From assembly GCA_027449965.1 (NCBI GenBank), contig DAIDKP010000009.1, positions 2,753 through 66,752 on the forward strand: DNA of 64,000 nt. Direction: 5' to 3'. This stretch comes from Acidobacteriaceae bacterium. Lineage in GTDB: Bacteria > Acidobacteriota > Terriglobia > Terriglobales > Acidobacteriaceae. Position numbers and translations under genes: made by a program. Each line of letters starts with the position of its first letter. The first letter of the stretch is position 1. Shown here piece after piece: positions 1-8,596 of this stretch. The notes under the pieces are model-generated. The model ran no database searches. It was not told the origin of the DNA and worked only from the letters and a program-made list of their open reading frames with translations.

Positions 1-635
1 ACACCGACCGGCACGTGCTCTTTGGCGGAGATTTCGCGGGCAAAGTACCAGGCAACAGCGGAAAAATCATGGGCCGACTTTGGATCGGAGACTGCCCAGC
101 CGGTGCAGTTGCAGTCCGGCTGTGCGGATTCTGCAGCAAGCTTCGGGACGACAAACAGGCGCAGATTGGGCAGCGAAGCGGCGGCAAGATCGGCAGTGGC
201 CGTGGCGGATTTGTACATCTCGAATTCCATGTTGGACTGTCCGCTGGCCAGCCAGAGATCTCCCACCAGAACGTCGGTGAACTGCAGGGGAGACTGGCTG
301 GAGGATGATCCGATGATTGAGAGCGTATCCGGACCGCCTGCTGCTTCCGGCGAAAGATAAAGGCTCCAGCGGCCAAGATCGTCGGCGGCGGTGGAGCGGG
401 ATTGGTTGCGGAAATGGACGGTGATGACCTCGGATGGATCGGCCCAACCCCACAGTTGAATGGGCATGTTCCGCTGCAGCACCATGTGATTGGAAAAGAG
501 ATGGGGAAGACGAATGGCAGCATCCGCAGAGCGGCTGAGCAGCAGCGGGATGACCGCGAGTGTTGCGAGCAAGATGACGGTGGGATGAAATCGATTCGGT
601 CGCGGGATGTGCCGCGGAAGCAGGCGGATGGGCAT
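1..635 (-). CDS. Sialate O-acetylesterase (SASA-family) secreted esterase, 3' end beyond window edge
   Basis: Not in ORF track because it runs off the edge. Manual translation from ATG 635: signal-like N-terminus, then AIRLPHLFSNHMVLQRNMPIQLWGWADP...DVLVGDLWLASGQSNMEF, the GQSN esterase motif. SD AGGAG upstream. Confidence 0.85.
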   Translation of the reverse strand, partial: MPIRLLPRHIPRPNRFHPTVILLATLAVIPLLLSRSADAAIRLPHLFSNHMVLQRNMPIQLWGWADPSEVITVHFRNQSRSTAADDLGRWSLYLSPEAAGGPDTLSIIGSSSSQSPLQFTDVLVGDLWLASGQSNMEFEMYKSATATADLAAASLPNLRLFVVPKLAAESAQPDCNCTGWAVSDPKSAHDFSAVAWYFAREISAKEHVPVG

Positions 636-831
636 TGCGGGGCTCCTGTGTGCTGCCAGAAAGGGAAGAATGCGACGATCGCAGGAATTTAAGTCCGCAA
701 TCACGGTATCACGCTGCTGCGTACGGACGAACTGACTCCGCAGGAGCAGGTTTTCTGCCATACTGAATGGAGTGGCATAGACGAGGCAACCAGCTTCGCG
801 CCATCTCGATCCACCATTCTTTTTTGATTCC

Positions 832-1965
832 ATGCCTGATCAAGGAGTTCGCATGCAGCAGTGCACCGCCCCTGTATCAGTGAATTGGCATGCCAGAATG
901 CGCAGGACTTCCTGCGTGGTCGGCATTGTTTTTCTGTGGAGTCTCTGCCTGTCAGCATGTGCGCATGCGCAGGCTGCGCTGCTGCTGGAAGAGCCTTACG
1001 GGGTGTTTGGCCACTTGAATCCAACCGGGCATGCGGCTCTTTACCTGAGCCGGGTATGTGCGGATACACCGGTTCGCCTGCGCATGTGCAGGCCTGGCGA
1101 GATGGGTGTAGTGCTGAGCCGCTATGAGGGTATCGGGCACTATGATTGGATCGCGATGCCGCTGGTGCCTTATCTCTACGCGGTGGATACCGCAGGCAAA
1201 GCGCCGCTGCATGTGGATGTCGAGATGGTGGATCGCTTGCGCAACCTATATCGCGAGCGGCATCTGGCCGAGTTTACGGATGGATTGCAGCGCGGGGGAT
1301 TCTTCTCCGGTGGCTGGACGGAGCTGATCGGCGCAGCCTATGAGCGACGCATCTTCGCCTTGAGTTTCCAGACGACGGTGGCCCAGGATCAGGCTCTGAT
1401 CCGAACGCTCAACACCTCTCCGAACATCTCCCACTTTCATCTGCTGACGAACAACTGTGCGGATTTCGACCGGTATGTGCTGAACCTCTATTTCCCGCGC
1501 AAGTTTCGTCGCAGCGCCTTCCCGGATGCGGGTTTGACCACGCCGCGCCACATTGCGCACCGGCTTGTGGTCTATGCGCATCGCCATCCGCAGCTGCAAT
1601 TGAAGGTGTATGAGATTCCGCAGGTGCCCGGATATCGACGCCCCAGCCACTCGAATCATGGCATTGCCGAGTCACTGGTCAAGTCCGGATATGTGGTGCC
1701 GATTGTGATCCTGAGTCCGTATGTTGCCGGAGGCCTGCTGGCGGATTATCTGCTCACCGGGCGGGACAAGGTTTTGCCGCACACGATTCCGCATCTGCTG
1801 CCGACGGAATTGAGTGTGTTGCAGCGATACGATATGACCACCCCCAGGACAGTCGCGGATCCAGTTGTGGCTGAGGACGCGGCACCTGGAAGCAACGTTG
1901 TGCCAAAGAGCATTCCAGCAGGCGATTCGCCGGTGGGAGCTGCGATGGTACTGCCTCAGAAGTAA
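832..1965 (+). CDS. Exported hypothetical protein with permuted papain-like His...Cys motifs
   Basis: 377-aa ORF with hydrophobic signal region, TGHAALYL and FHLLTNNCADF motifs. True start may be a downstream Met. Confidence 0.6.
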   Translation: MPDQGVRMQQCTAPVSVNWHARMRRTSCVVGIVFLWSLCLSACAHAQAALLLEEPYGVFGHLNPTGHAALYLSRVCADTPVRLRMCRPGEMGVVLSRYEGIGHYDWIAMPLVPYLYAVDTAGKAPLHVDVEMVDRLRNLYRERHLAEFTDGLQRGGFFSGGWTELIGAAYERRIFALSFQTTVAQDQALIRTLNTSPNISHFHLLTNNCADFDRYVLNLYFPRKFRRSAFPDAGLTTPRHIAHRLVVYAHRHPQLQLKVYEIPQVPGYRRPSHSNHGIAESLVKSGYVVPIVILSPYVAGGLLADYLLTGRDKVLPHTIPHLLPTELSVLQRYDMTTPRTVADPVVAEDAAPGSNVVPKSIPAGDSPVGAAMVLPQK

Positions 1966-1980
1966 GAGAGGAAATCGCCC

Positions 1981-2427
1981 ATGTCCGAGATGCAAAATCG
2001 TGCCAACCATGTTCGACTTGACCCGAAGTTTCAGTTCTTTCTGGTCCCGGTATGGCTGCTGCTGGTGATTCTCAGTATTGTTATTGCCGTGCATGCGCTG
2101 CGCAACGGTGGCAGCTGGCTGCTGGCGATCTGGACGGTATTTCTGACGCTGATGCTGGGATTTGTGGCAGCGGTAGCTCGGCTCTATGCCCTGAAGGTGC
2201 AGGACCGGGTGATCCGGCTGGAAGAGCGCCTGCGGCTGGCATCCCTGCTGCCGGAGGAGCTGAAGCGGAGAATTCCGGAGCTGAACGAAGATCAGCTGAT
2301 CGGGCTTCGGTTTGCCTCCGACGGAGAGCTGGCTGAGCGTGTGCGGGAGACGCTGGAGCAGGGGCTGACGCGCAGCCAGATCAAGGATCGCGTGCAGCAG
2401 TGGCGGCCGGACAACTGGCGCGTCTGA
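1981..2427 (+). CDS. DUF6526-like small membrane protein
   Basis: QNRANHVRLDPKFQFF N-terminus, two TM segments, LQDRVIRLEE-like motif, SD GAGG upstream. Confidence 0.7.
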   Translation: MSEMQNRANHVRLDPKFQFFLVPVWLLLVILSIVIAVHALRNGGSWLLAIWTVFLTLMLGFVAAVARLYALKVQDRVIRLEERLRLASLLPEELKRRIPELNEDQLIGLRFASDGELAERVRETLEQGLTRSQIKDRVQQWRPDNWRV

Positions 2428-2464
2428 CGGCTGGCGTAACCTCCTGCCAAGCCAAAGAAATCCA

Positions 2465-2494
2465 TTGACGGCATGCGCGAGCCAAACGTAAGGT
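2465..2494 (+). promoter_or_regulatory. sigma70-type promoter, probably leaderless, for the M28 peptidase
   Basis: TTGACG(2465-2470)-N18-TAAGGT(2489-2494)-N6-ATG(2501), no SD. Confidence 0.65.
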
Positions 2495-2500
2495 TGTGCC

Positions 2501-4003
2501 ATGCGGAAACAACGTGTCTCACTCTTTCTCGGTTTGGCGCTGGTTTGTTCGCCTTGTCTTCTGGCTCAGACTGCGGATGGCGTCAAGCCGACCCTGACGC
2601 TGGATGCTGCGGCGCAGCAGGATCTGATCCATCTTGGCGGACAGATGATGATGGCCGGCAAGGCCTACGAATATGACCGTGAGCTTTCCGACGATATCGG
2701 GCCGCGCCTGACAGGCTCTGCCAACTATGGAAAAGCAACGGACTGGGCTGTGGCCGAGTTCCGGCGTCTGGGGCTGAGCAACGTTCACAAGGAAGGCTGG
2801 ACGATTCCTGCCGCCTGGGAGCCGGAGACACTGGCCACGGCGAGCATGATCCTGCCGCATGAGCAACGGTTGCATCTGGAAAGCGAAGGCTGGAGCCCCT
2901 CGACGCCGCCTGGTGGTGTTCGCGGTTCTGTCTTCTATCTGGATGACCTTACGGTGGAGAGTGTTCGCAGCCATGCGGCAGCCATTCACGGAGCCATTGT
3001 GCTGGTGGACGGCGAATCCGTGGATCGCGGGATCGAGGGTGGCTTCGGCAAGCTCTTTGATGCGCTTCACGAGATTGGTACGCAGGGGGCAAAGGGCCTG
3101 ATTCTGGGCATTGGAACGACGAACAATGCTCCCAGCTTTGTGGGGCTGACGGCCTTTGATGGCTCGCTGACCAATCTTCCCTCCGGCAATCTTGGCCTCG
3201 AAGATACGCTGCTGCTGAAGCGGCTGCTGCAACGGGGTCCGGTGGAGGTGGAGTACAGCTTCAAGAACCGGATTCGCGAAAACGTGACAGTAAATAATGT
3301 GGTGGCAGAGATTCCCGGCACCGACGGCACGGGGGACTATGTGCTCATTGGCGGCCATCTGGATTCCTGGCATCCGGGAACCGGAGCACAGGACAACGGA
3401 ACCGGCGCTGCCACGGTGGTGGCTGTGGCTCAGGCGGTGATGGCCTCTGGCGTGAAGCCGAAGCGGACCATGCGCTTTGTCCTCTTTGGCGGCGAAGAGC
3501 AGGGAACAATCGGCTCCATTCGCTATGCGGAAAAGCATGCCGGGGAGATGAACCGTTGCGTGGGCGTGTTTGTGACGGATACCGGCGCACAGGCTCCGAA
3601 GGGCTGGTATGACTTTGGCCGCTCGGATGAGGCCGGTGCCTTGAAGACCATCCAGCCGCTGCTGGATTCGCTGGGCGCAGGCAGCGTCTCTGACAATGGA
3701 CAATTCACCTTTGAAACGGATGAGTCCGCCTTTCTCGTGAAGGGTGTTCCGGCCTTTGTGCTCTGGACGCCGGTTGATCAATACTTCAAGATTCACCACA
3801 AGCCGAGCGACACCTTTGACAAGGTGAACCAGCGCGACCTGAACCTGGGAGCTGCCACGGTGGGCGTAACGGCCTTTGCCTTTGCCGATGCCGGCAACAC
3901 GCTGCCGCAATACACGGCAAAGCAGGTGATCGACCAGCTGAAGACGGTGAAGGCCTATGGGCAGTATGAGGACCTGCTGCAGCATCATGTGCTGCAACCG
4001 TGA
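2501..4003 (+). CDS. M28 family metallopeptidase (carboxypeptidase Q-like) with PA insert
   Basis: Signal peptide; GPRLTGS, GGHLDSW, GAQDNGTG, GGEEQG, HHKPSDTFDKV zinc-binding motifs. Confidence 0.9.
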   Translation: MRKQRVSLFLGLALVCSPCLLAQTADGVKPTLTLDAAAQQDLIHLGGQMMMAGKAYEYDRELSDDIGPRLTGSANYGKATDWAVAEFRRLGLSNVHKEGWTIPAAWEPETLATASMILPHEQRLHLESEGWSPSTPPGGVRGSVFYLDDLTVESVRSHAAAIHGAIVLVDGESVDRGIEGGFGKLFDALHEIGTQGAKGLILGIGTTNNAPSFVGLTAFDGSLTNLPSGNLGLEDTLLLKRLLQRGPVEVEYSFKNRIRENVTVNNVVAEIPGTDGTGDYVLIGGHLDSWHPGTGAQDNGTGAATVVAVAQAVMASGVKPKRTMRFVLFGGEEQGTIGSIRYAEKHAGEMNRCVGVFVTDTGAQAPKGWYDFGRSDEAGALKTIQPLLDSLGAGSVSDNGQFTFETDESAFLVKGVPAFVLWTPVDQYFKIHHKPSDTFDKVNQRDLNLGAATVGVTAFAFADAGNTLPQYTAKQVIDQLKTVKAYGQYEDLLQHHVLQP

Positions 4004-4031
4004 AGGGCGGCCGATCCTTAGACCATGCAAG

Positions 4032-4065
4032 GCAAAGAGCCACCGCGTTTGCGGTGGCTCTTTGC
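4032..4065. terminator. Intrinsic terminator hairpin between convergent genes
   Basis: GCAAAGAGCCACCGC-GTTT-GCGGTGGCTCTTTGC, perfect 15-bp stem. Confidence 0.8.
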
Positions 4066-4124
4066 TCTTCTGAGGAATCGATGGGCGTCAGCACTGCGGC
4101 CCCGAAGGGCCAACTGCCGGAAGA

Positions 4125-5720
4125 TCAGCTTCTGCCGACCCACTCCTCATAGGGACCTTTGTGGTCTTCGATGCTGCCGTGCTCAAAGTTCCAGAGCCGT
4201 GTGCCAACCTCTTCGATCAGGTCCTGATCGTGCGTGACCAGGAAGACGGTGCCTTCGTAGCGTTGCAGGGCAATGTTGAGCGCGTTGATGGACTCCAGAT
4301 CGAGGTGGTTGGTCGGCTCATCAAGGACGAGAATGTTGGGCTTGAGCAGCATGAGGCGGCAGAAAAGCAGACGGGCAGATTCGCCGCCGGACAGTGCCTT
4401 CGTGGGCTTCAATCCCTCTTCGCCGCTGAAGAGCATCTGGCCGAGCAGGCCGCGGATCTCTTCGCGCGTCACTTTGGGATCCCACTGGTGCAGCCAATCG
4501 GAGACGGTCATCCCATGCTCGATTTCATTGCTGACGTCCTGGGGAAAGTAACCAATCTGTGCCTCGTGGCCCCACTTGACCGTGCCGTTGTCCAGAACAA
4601 AATCCTTGTCGGCAACCTCAGGAACGGGGCTCAGCAGGGACTTGAGCAGGGTGGTTTTTCCCACGCCATTTCGCCCCATCAGACAGACTTTTTCTCCACG
4701 CATGACGGCGGCGGAAAAGCCGGAAAGCACCTTCTGCGGGCCGTAGGATTTGCTTAACCCATCGAACTCGAGCACATGCTTGCCGCTGGGGCGGATCTGG
4801 TCGAACTTGATGAAGGGGCGTTGAATGTTGGACCGGGCCAGCTCCGCAGTCTGCAGCCGTTCCACTTCCTTTTTTCGGCTGGTCACCTGTGTGGATCGCG
4901 TGCCGGCAGCAAAGCGTGAGATGAACTCATTGAGCTGCGCAATCTTCTTTTCCCGCTGCGCATTTTCAGCTTCCAGCCTGGAGCGGATCTGGGTCTTGGC
5001 AACAACCATGTCATCGTATCCGCCGGTGTAGAGGATGATGGTCTGGTAGTCGATATCCGCGGTGTGCGTGGTCACGGCATTGAGAAAATGCCGATCGTGC
5101 GAGATCGTGATCAGAGTGCCCTGGAAGCTGAGCAGAAACTCGCGCAGCCAGTGAATGGACTCGAGATCAAGATGGTTGGTGGGTTCGTCGAGCAGCAGTG
5201 CCTCCGGCTTGCCAAACAGCGCCTGCGCCAGCAGCACGCGCACCTTCTGTCCGCCCTGCAACTCGCTCATCCTGCGCTCGTGCAGCTCGTCGGGAATATC
5301 CAGCCCCTGCAGCAGCACCGCTGCGTCGCTCTCGGCCGTGTAGCCGTCCTCGTCGCCGACAATGCCCTCCAACTCGCCCAGCCTCATGCCGTCTTCGTCG
5401 GTCAGCTCGGCCTTTTCATAGATGCGGTCGCGCTCTTCCATCGCCTTCCACAGCGCGCTGTTGCCCATAATCACCGTATCGATCACGCGATAGGCATCGA
5501 AGGCAAACTGATCCTGGCGCAGAATGCCCAGCTTGCGCGGACGCACGACTGTGCCTTTCTGCGCCTCCAGCTCGCCCGTCAGAATCTTCATGAAGGTCGA
5601 TTTTCCAGCGCCGTTCGGTCCGGTCAATCCATAGCGGCGGCCCGGCGTAAAGGTTACGCTGACATCTTCAAAGAGAACCTTGGAGCCATACCGCATCGTT
5701 ACATTGCTGACACTGATCAT
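4125..5720 (-). CDS. ABC-F family ribosome-associated ATPase (YbiT-like)
   Basis: Two ABC domains (GPNGAGKST, GRNGVGKTT; LLDEPTNHLD twice), inter-ABC linker, no TM segments. Start MISVSNV at 5720. Confidence 0.9.
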   Translation of the reverse strand: MISVSNVTMRYGSKVLFEDVSVTFTPGRRYGLTGPNGAGKSTFMKILTGELEAQKGTVVRPRKLGILRQDQFAFDAYRVIDTVIMGNSALWKAMEERDRIYEKAELTDEDGMRLGELEGIVGDEDGYTAESDAAVLLQGLDIPDELHERRMSELQGGQKVRVLLAQALFGKPEALLLDEPTNHLDLESIHWLREFLLSFQGTLITISHDRHFLNAVTTHTADIDYQTIILYTGGYDDMVVAKTQIRSRLEAENAQREKKIAQLNEFISRFAAGTRSTQVTSRKKEVERLQTAELARSNIQRPFIKFDQIRPSGKHVLEFDGLSKSYGPQKVLSGFSAAVMRGEKVCLMGRNGVGKTTLLKSLLSPVPEVADKDFVLDNGTVKWGHEAQIGYFPQDVSNEIEHGMTVSDWLHQWDPKVTREEIRGLLGQMLFSGEEGLKPTKALSGGESARLLFCRLMLLKPNILVLDEPTNHLDLESINALNIALQRYEGTVFLVTHDQDLIEEVGTRLWNFEHGSIEDHKGPYEEWVGRS

Positions 5721-5901
5721 TCTTCGTCGTCTTTCAGGTTGGGCAGACACTGTGGTTCGTGCGCTCGCCGCCCGCGACGATCACGATCAAAGTGGATGGA
5801 TGCCCGTTGGGAATCGTATTGAGCCTGTTGCGACTGCCTGGTAGCAGTGCCTGCTCTCTTTCAGTTTCTCACAGCTTGCAGTTGTGCGCAGCCCATTGCG
5901 C

Positions 5902-8379
5902 TCAGAAGCGAAACAGATGGCTCACCTTCACATAGAAGATGCGCTGATCGTTCAGGCTCGGTGTCGTGATCGTGGACAGAATCGGATCGTTGGCGTTGCA
6001 GTAGCCATCGGCCAGACGCGTACACAGATTGCTGTTCAGATTGATGTAGTCCGTCGTGTAGCCCAGATAAAACGCTGTTCCCGGATGCGGCAGATAGGTT
6101 AGCAGCAAGTCTCCGAATCCATCCTTCGTATACGGGGTGCTGGTATAGGTGGTGTTGGGCTGCTCCTGAACATACTCGCCGATAAAGTTCACTGACCACG
6201 CCTTGGTCAACTGCAAATTCAATCGCGAGACAGCCTGATGACTGTCGTACACCAGAGCGCCGTTCGACGGATGCGTGTAGTGGTCAAATTCGTAAAAGCC
6301 AGAGATATCCAGCCCGCCCGTTGGCTTGAACTCATAGTTCATGCGTTGCGATACTGCGTTCATCGGGTTGGGGCCAAGCGAAGCGATCGGCGAATAATTC
6401 ACTTCCTGCCCGCCATAGTAGCGATAGCGCAGAAAGAGTCCCGGATTGGGTGAGGTGCTTGCGCTAGCGCCATAGATGCGCGTCTGGTATTCGACATTGG
6501 CCGGCAGCGCGGAGTAGTCGCTCGGGCGCAGCCGATCCTGACCCAGATCCGCAAAAAAGGAGACAAAGGTCTTCTTCTGGAAGTTCAGCGAGTAGTTCGG
6601 ATTCAGATAGAAGTCGAGCGGCAAGCCCGTATGATCCCAGATCCGCTCCGAATAAACACCCACCGTGTGCGAGAGCAGAATTCCATGCCGCGGACGGAAG
6701 GTATACGAAGCCGAACCATAGGGCTGGCGCACATCCGGACGCGTAAAGAAACCCGTATTCGTCAGATATCCAGCTGCCACGTCGCGATATTTCCAACTGA
6801 AGTTGCGATGGAGATCCGAGTAGTACAGCGCTTCATAGTACGCCTGCCCGCCCTGTCGCGAGCCACTCAGATTTGTGGTCTGCGAGGTGATGCCCTGTCC
6901 CAGCCACGTCCAGCGTTTGCCAATGCGCAATCGATAGTCAATGCCGCCGTTGCGATTGAAGGAGTTCAGATACTGATAGTCGGCAAAGATCGCGCCGATA
7001 TTCGACTGTGTACCCAGGTCGCGATTCACGCGGCCAATGTAGTAGTGCGAGCGCGTGCCATAGTCGGGATTCGTCGGCGGAACCTGATATCCCGGATTGC
7101 GATCATCCACATCCAGCAGCCCCACCGCCCACGGACCCACCTTGCCCGTTAGCCGCTGGCCAAACTGCGGCATCACAATATTCGGCGTGTAGTAGAGATT
7201 GAACGGCGTCTGAAAGTAGCTGGCGTTTTCAATAAAAAACGGACGCAGCTCCGGAAAGTAAAACGGAAATCGCTGATTGGGCGGTGCCGGGTTGTTGATG
7301 CCAATCTGGCTGAAATCCGGGTTGAACGTCATGTCCAGTACCAGACTGTTGTGCAGGATAAACTTCGTATCCAGCCCGGTGTAGCCTTGCAGGTTCAGAT
7401 TGCTGAAGTAGGGATTGATCGGATCGACCGTATTCAGCAGCCGCTGGCTGTGTGCCAGCGCGTAGGGAATGAACTGCCAGTTTTTGCCGCTTTCTATGTT
7501 TTCAAATCCCTCGGCCAGCGCCTCCTGCGTCAGTTGGCCGGCAATGTTGTGCCGCACGGCGGGCCAGTTTTCATACTCCGTCTTGCGCGAGATGGACCGC
7601 GAAAACAGCAGTCCCCAGGTGCGCTGTGCGCCGTTGGCGGCCTTGTCAAAGTACAGGCTCGCAAAGGGAATTCGCATCAGCACCACCCAGCCGTTTGCCG
7701 TTTTCTGACCCCAGCTGTCCCACACCGTGTCAAAGGAAAAATCCGTTCCCGTCAGCTCTGTATACAGCGCATCGGCCTGAATGCCCAGCGGATTGACGCG
7801 AAAGAGAAACGAGCGGCGATGATCGGCAAAGGTGTCGATCATCACCTGAACATAATCGTCATCGCTCAGGTTATCCCGCTGCAACATGTGTCCGCGAATC
7901 CCCGCCGGAGTGCCATCCTTGCAGACAAAAGCGACATAGAAGTTCTCGTGCGTATAGCCCACATACGCCGTCGTCGGTTCGGTCGGTGGCAGGCCATCCT
8001 CGGGATAGCGCTGTACGAAGTTGCGGATGCGCAACATCGCCTGCGCCGCTTTTCCGGTGGGTTGCGGCGTCAGAAAATTCGCCAGCTTCGGTTCGCCCGG
8101 TAGCACGGGGACCAGAATGTGCGGCAGTGTCTTTTCCGATTGCTCAATGCTGATCTGCGCCTTCACCGGGGGCGTGGGCGATTTTGCCTTGCCTGCAGAA
8201 CCCACCTCCGCCGCTCCCGGAGCAGACGGATGCGCATCCGGGCAAGCCGATGCCGCCACGCACACCATCGCCAGAAGGCACAGCATACTGCGCTGCAAGC
8301 ACCATCGCAGCCTGCCTGTCGAGCGGGTGGCTGGCTGCCCCTGGCTCATGGCTTTCCACGCAGGATCATGTGCGGCCAA
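5902..8379 (-). CDS. DUF5916 / CBM9-like domain outer-membrane protein
   Basis: Signal region; DDYVQVMIDTF...FRVNPLGIQAD...DFSFDTVW CBM9-like N-domain; TFNPDFSQ motif; beta-rich C-terminus ending in Phe (YVKVSHLFRF). Confidence 0.75.
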   Translation of the reverse strand: MAAHDPAWKAMSQGQPATRSTGRLRWCLQRSMLCLLAMVCVAASACPDAHPSAPGAAEVGSAGKAKSPTPPVKAQISIEQSEKTLPHILVPVLPGEPKLANFLTPQPTGKAAQAMLRIRNFVQRYPEDGLPPTEPTTAYVGYTHENFYVAFVCKDGTPAGIRGHMLQRDNLSDDDYVQVMIDTFADHRRSFLFRVNPLGIQADALYTELTGTDFSFDTVWDSWGQKTANGWVVLMRIPFASLYFDKAANGAQRTWGLLFSRSISRKTEYENWPAVRHNIAGQLTQEALAEGFENIESGKNWQFIPYALAHSQRLLNTVDPINPYFSNLNLQGYTGLDTKFILHNSLVLDMTFNPDFSQIGINNPAPPNQRFPFYFPELRPFFIENASYFQTPFNLYYTPNIVMPQFGQRLTGKVGPWAVGLLDVDDRNPGYQVPPTNPDYGTRSHYYIGRVNRDLGTQSNIGAIFADYQYLNSFNRNGGIDYRLRIGKRWTWLGQGITSQTTNLSGSRQGGQAYYEALYYSDLHRNFSWKYRDVAAGYLTNTGFFTRPDVRQPYGSASYTFRPRHGILLSHTVGVYSERIWDHTGLPLDFYLNPNYSLNFQKKTFVSFFADLGQDRLRPSDYSALPANVEYQTRIYGASASTSPNPGLFLRYRYYGGQEVNYSPIASLGPNPMNAVSQRMNYEFKPTGGLDISGFYEFDHYTHPSNGALVYDSHQAVSRLNLQLTKAWSVNFIGEYVQEQPNTTYTSTPYTKDGFGDLLLTYLPHPGTAFYLGYTTDYINLNSNLCTRLADGYCNANDPILSTITTPSLNDQRIFYVKVSHLFRF

Positions 8380-8596
8380 CGCGTTCTCCTCGGACTGGCG
8401 CAGGCTCTCGCAACCGTGCCGCGCAGCGTTTTCCCATCTGGCTGAGAATTGGACTGGAGAAACGCGCCCGCGTCACCCCGCAAGGTTCTTCTCTCCAAGT
8501 ATATCGTTCCATCCGTTCCGAGTTCGAGCGCGATGCCAGCCATCCACCCGGCAGGAGGCTCCTTCAGCAACCCCAAGCGGGAATCTCACGGAAAGC

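Noticed and set aside
773-788. sigma54-like TGGCATA-GACG-AGGCA upstream of the 832 gene
   Set aside because: The -12 element deviates at two positions (AGGC versus TTGC); too weak.
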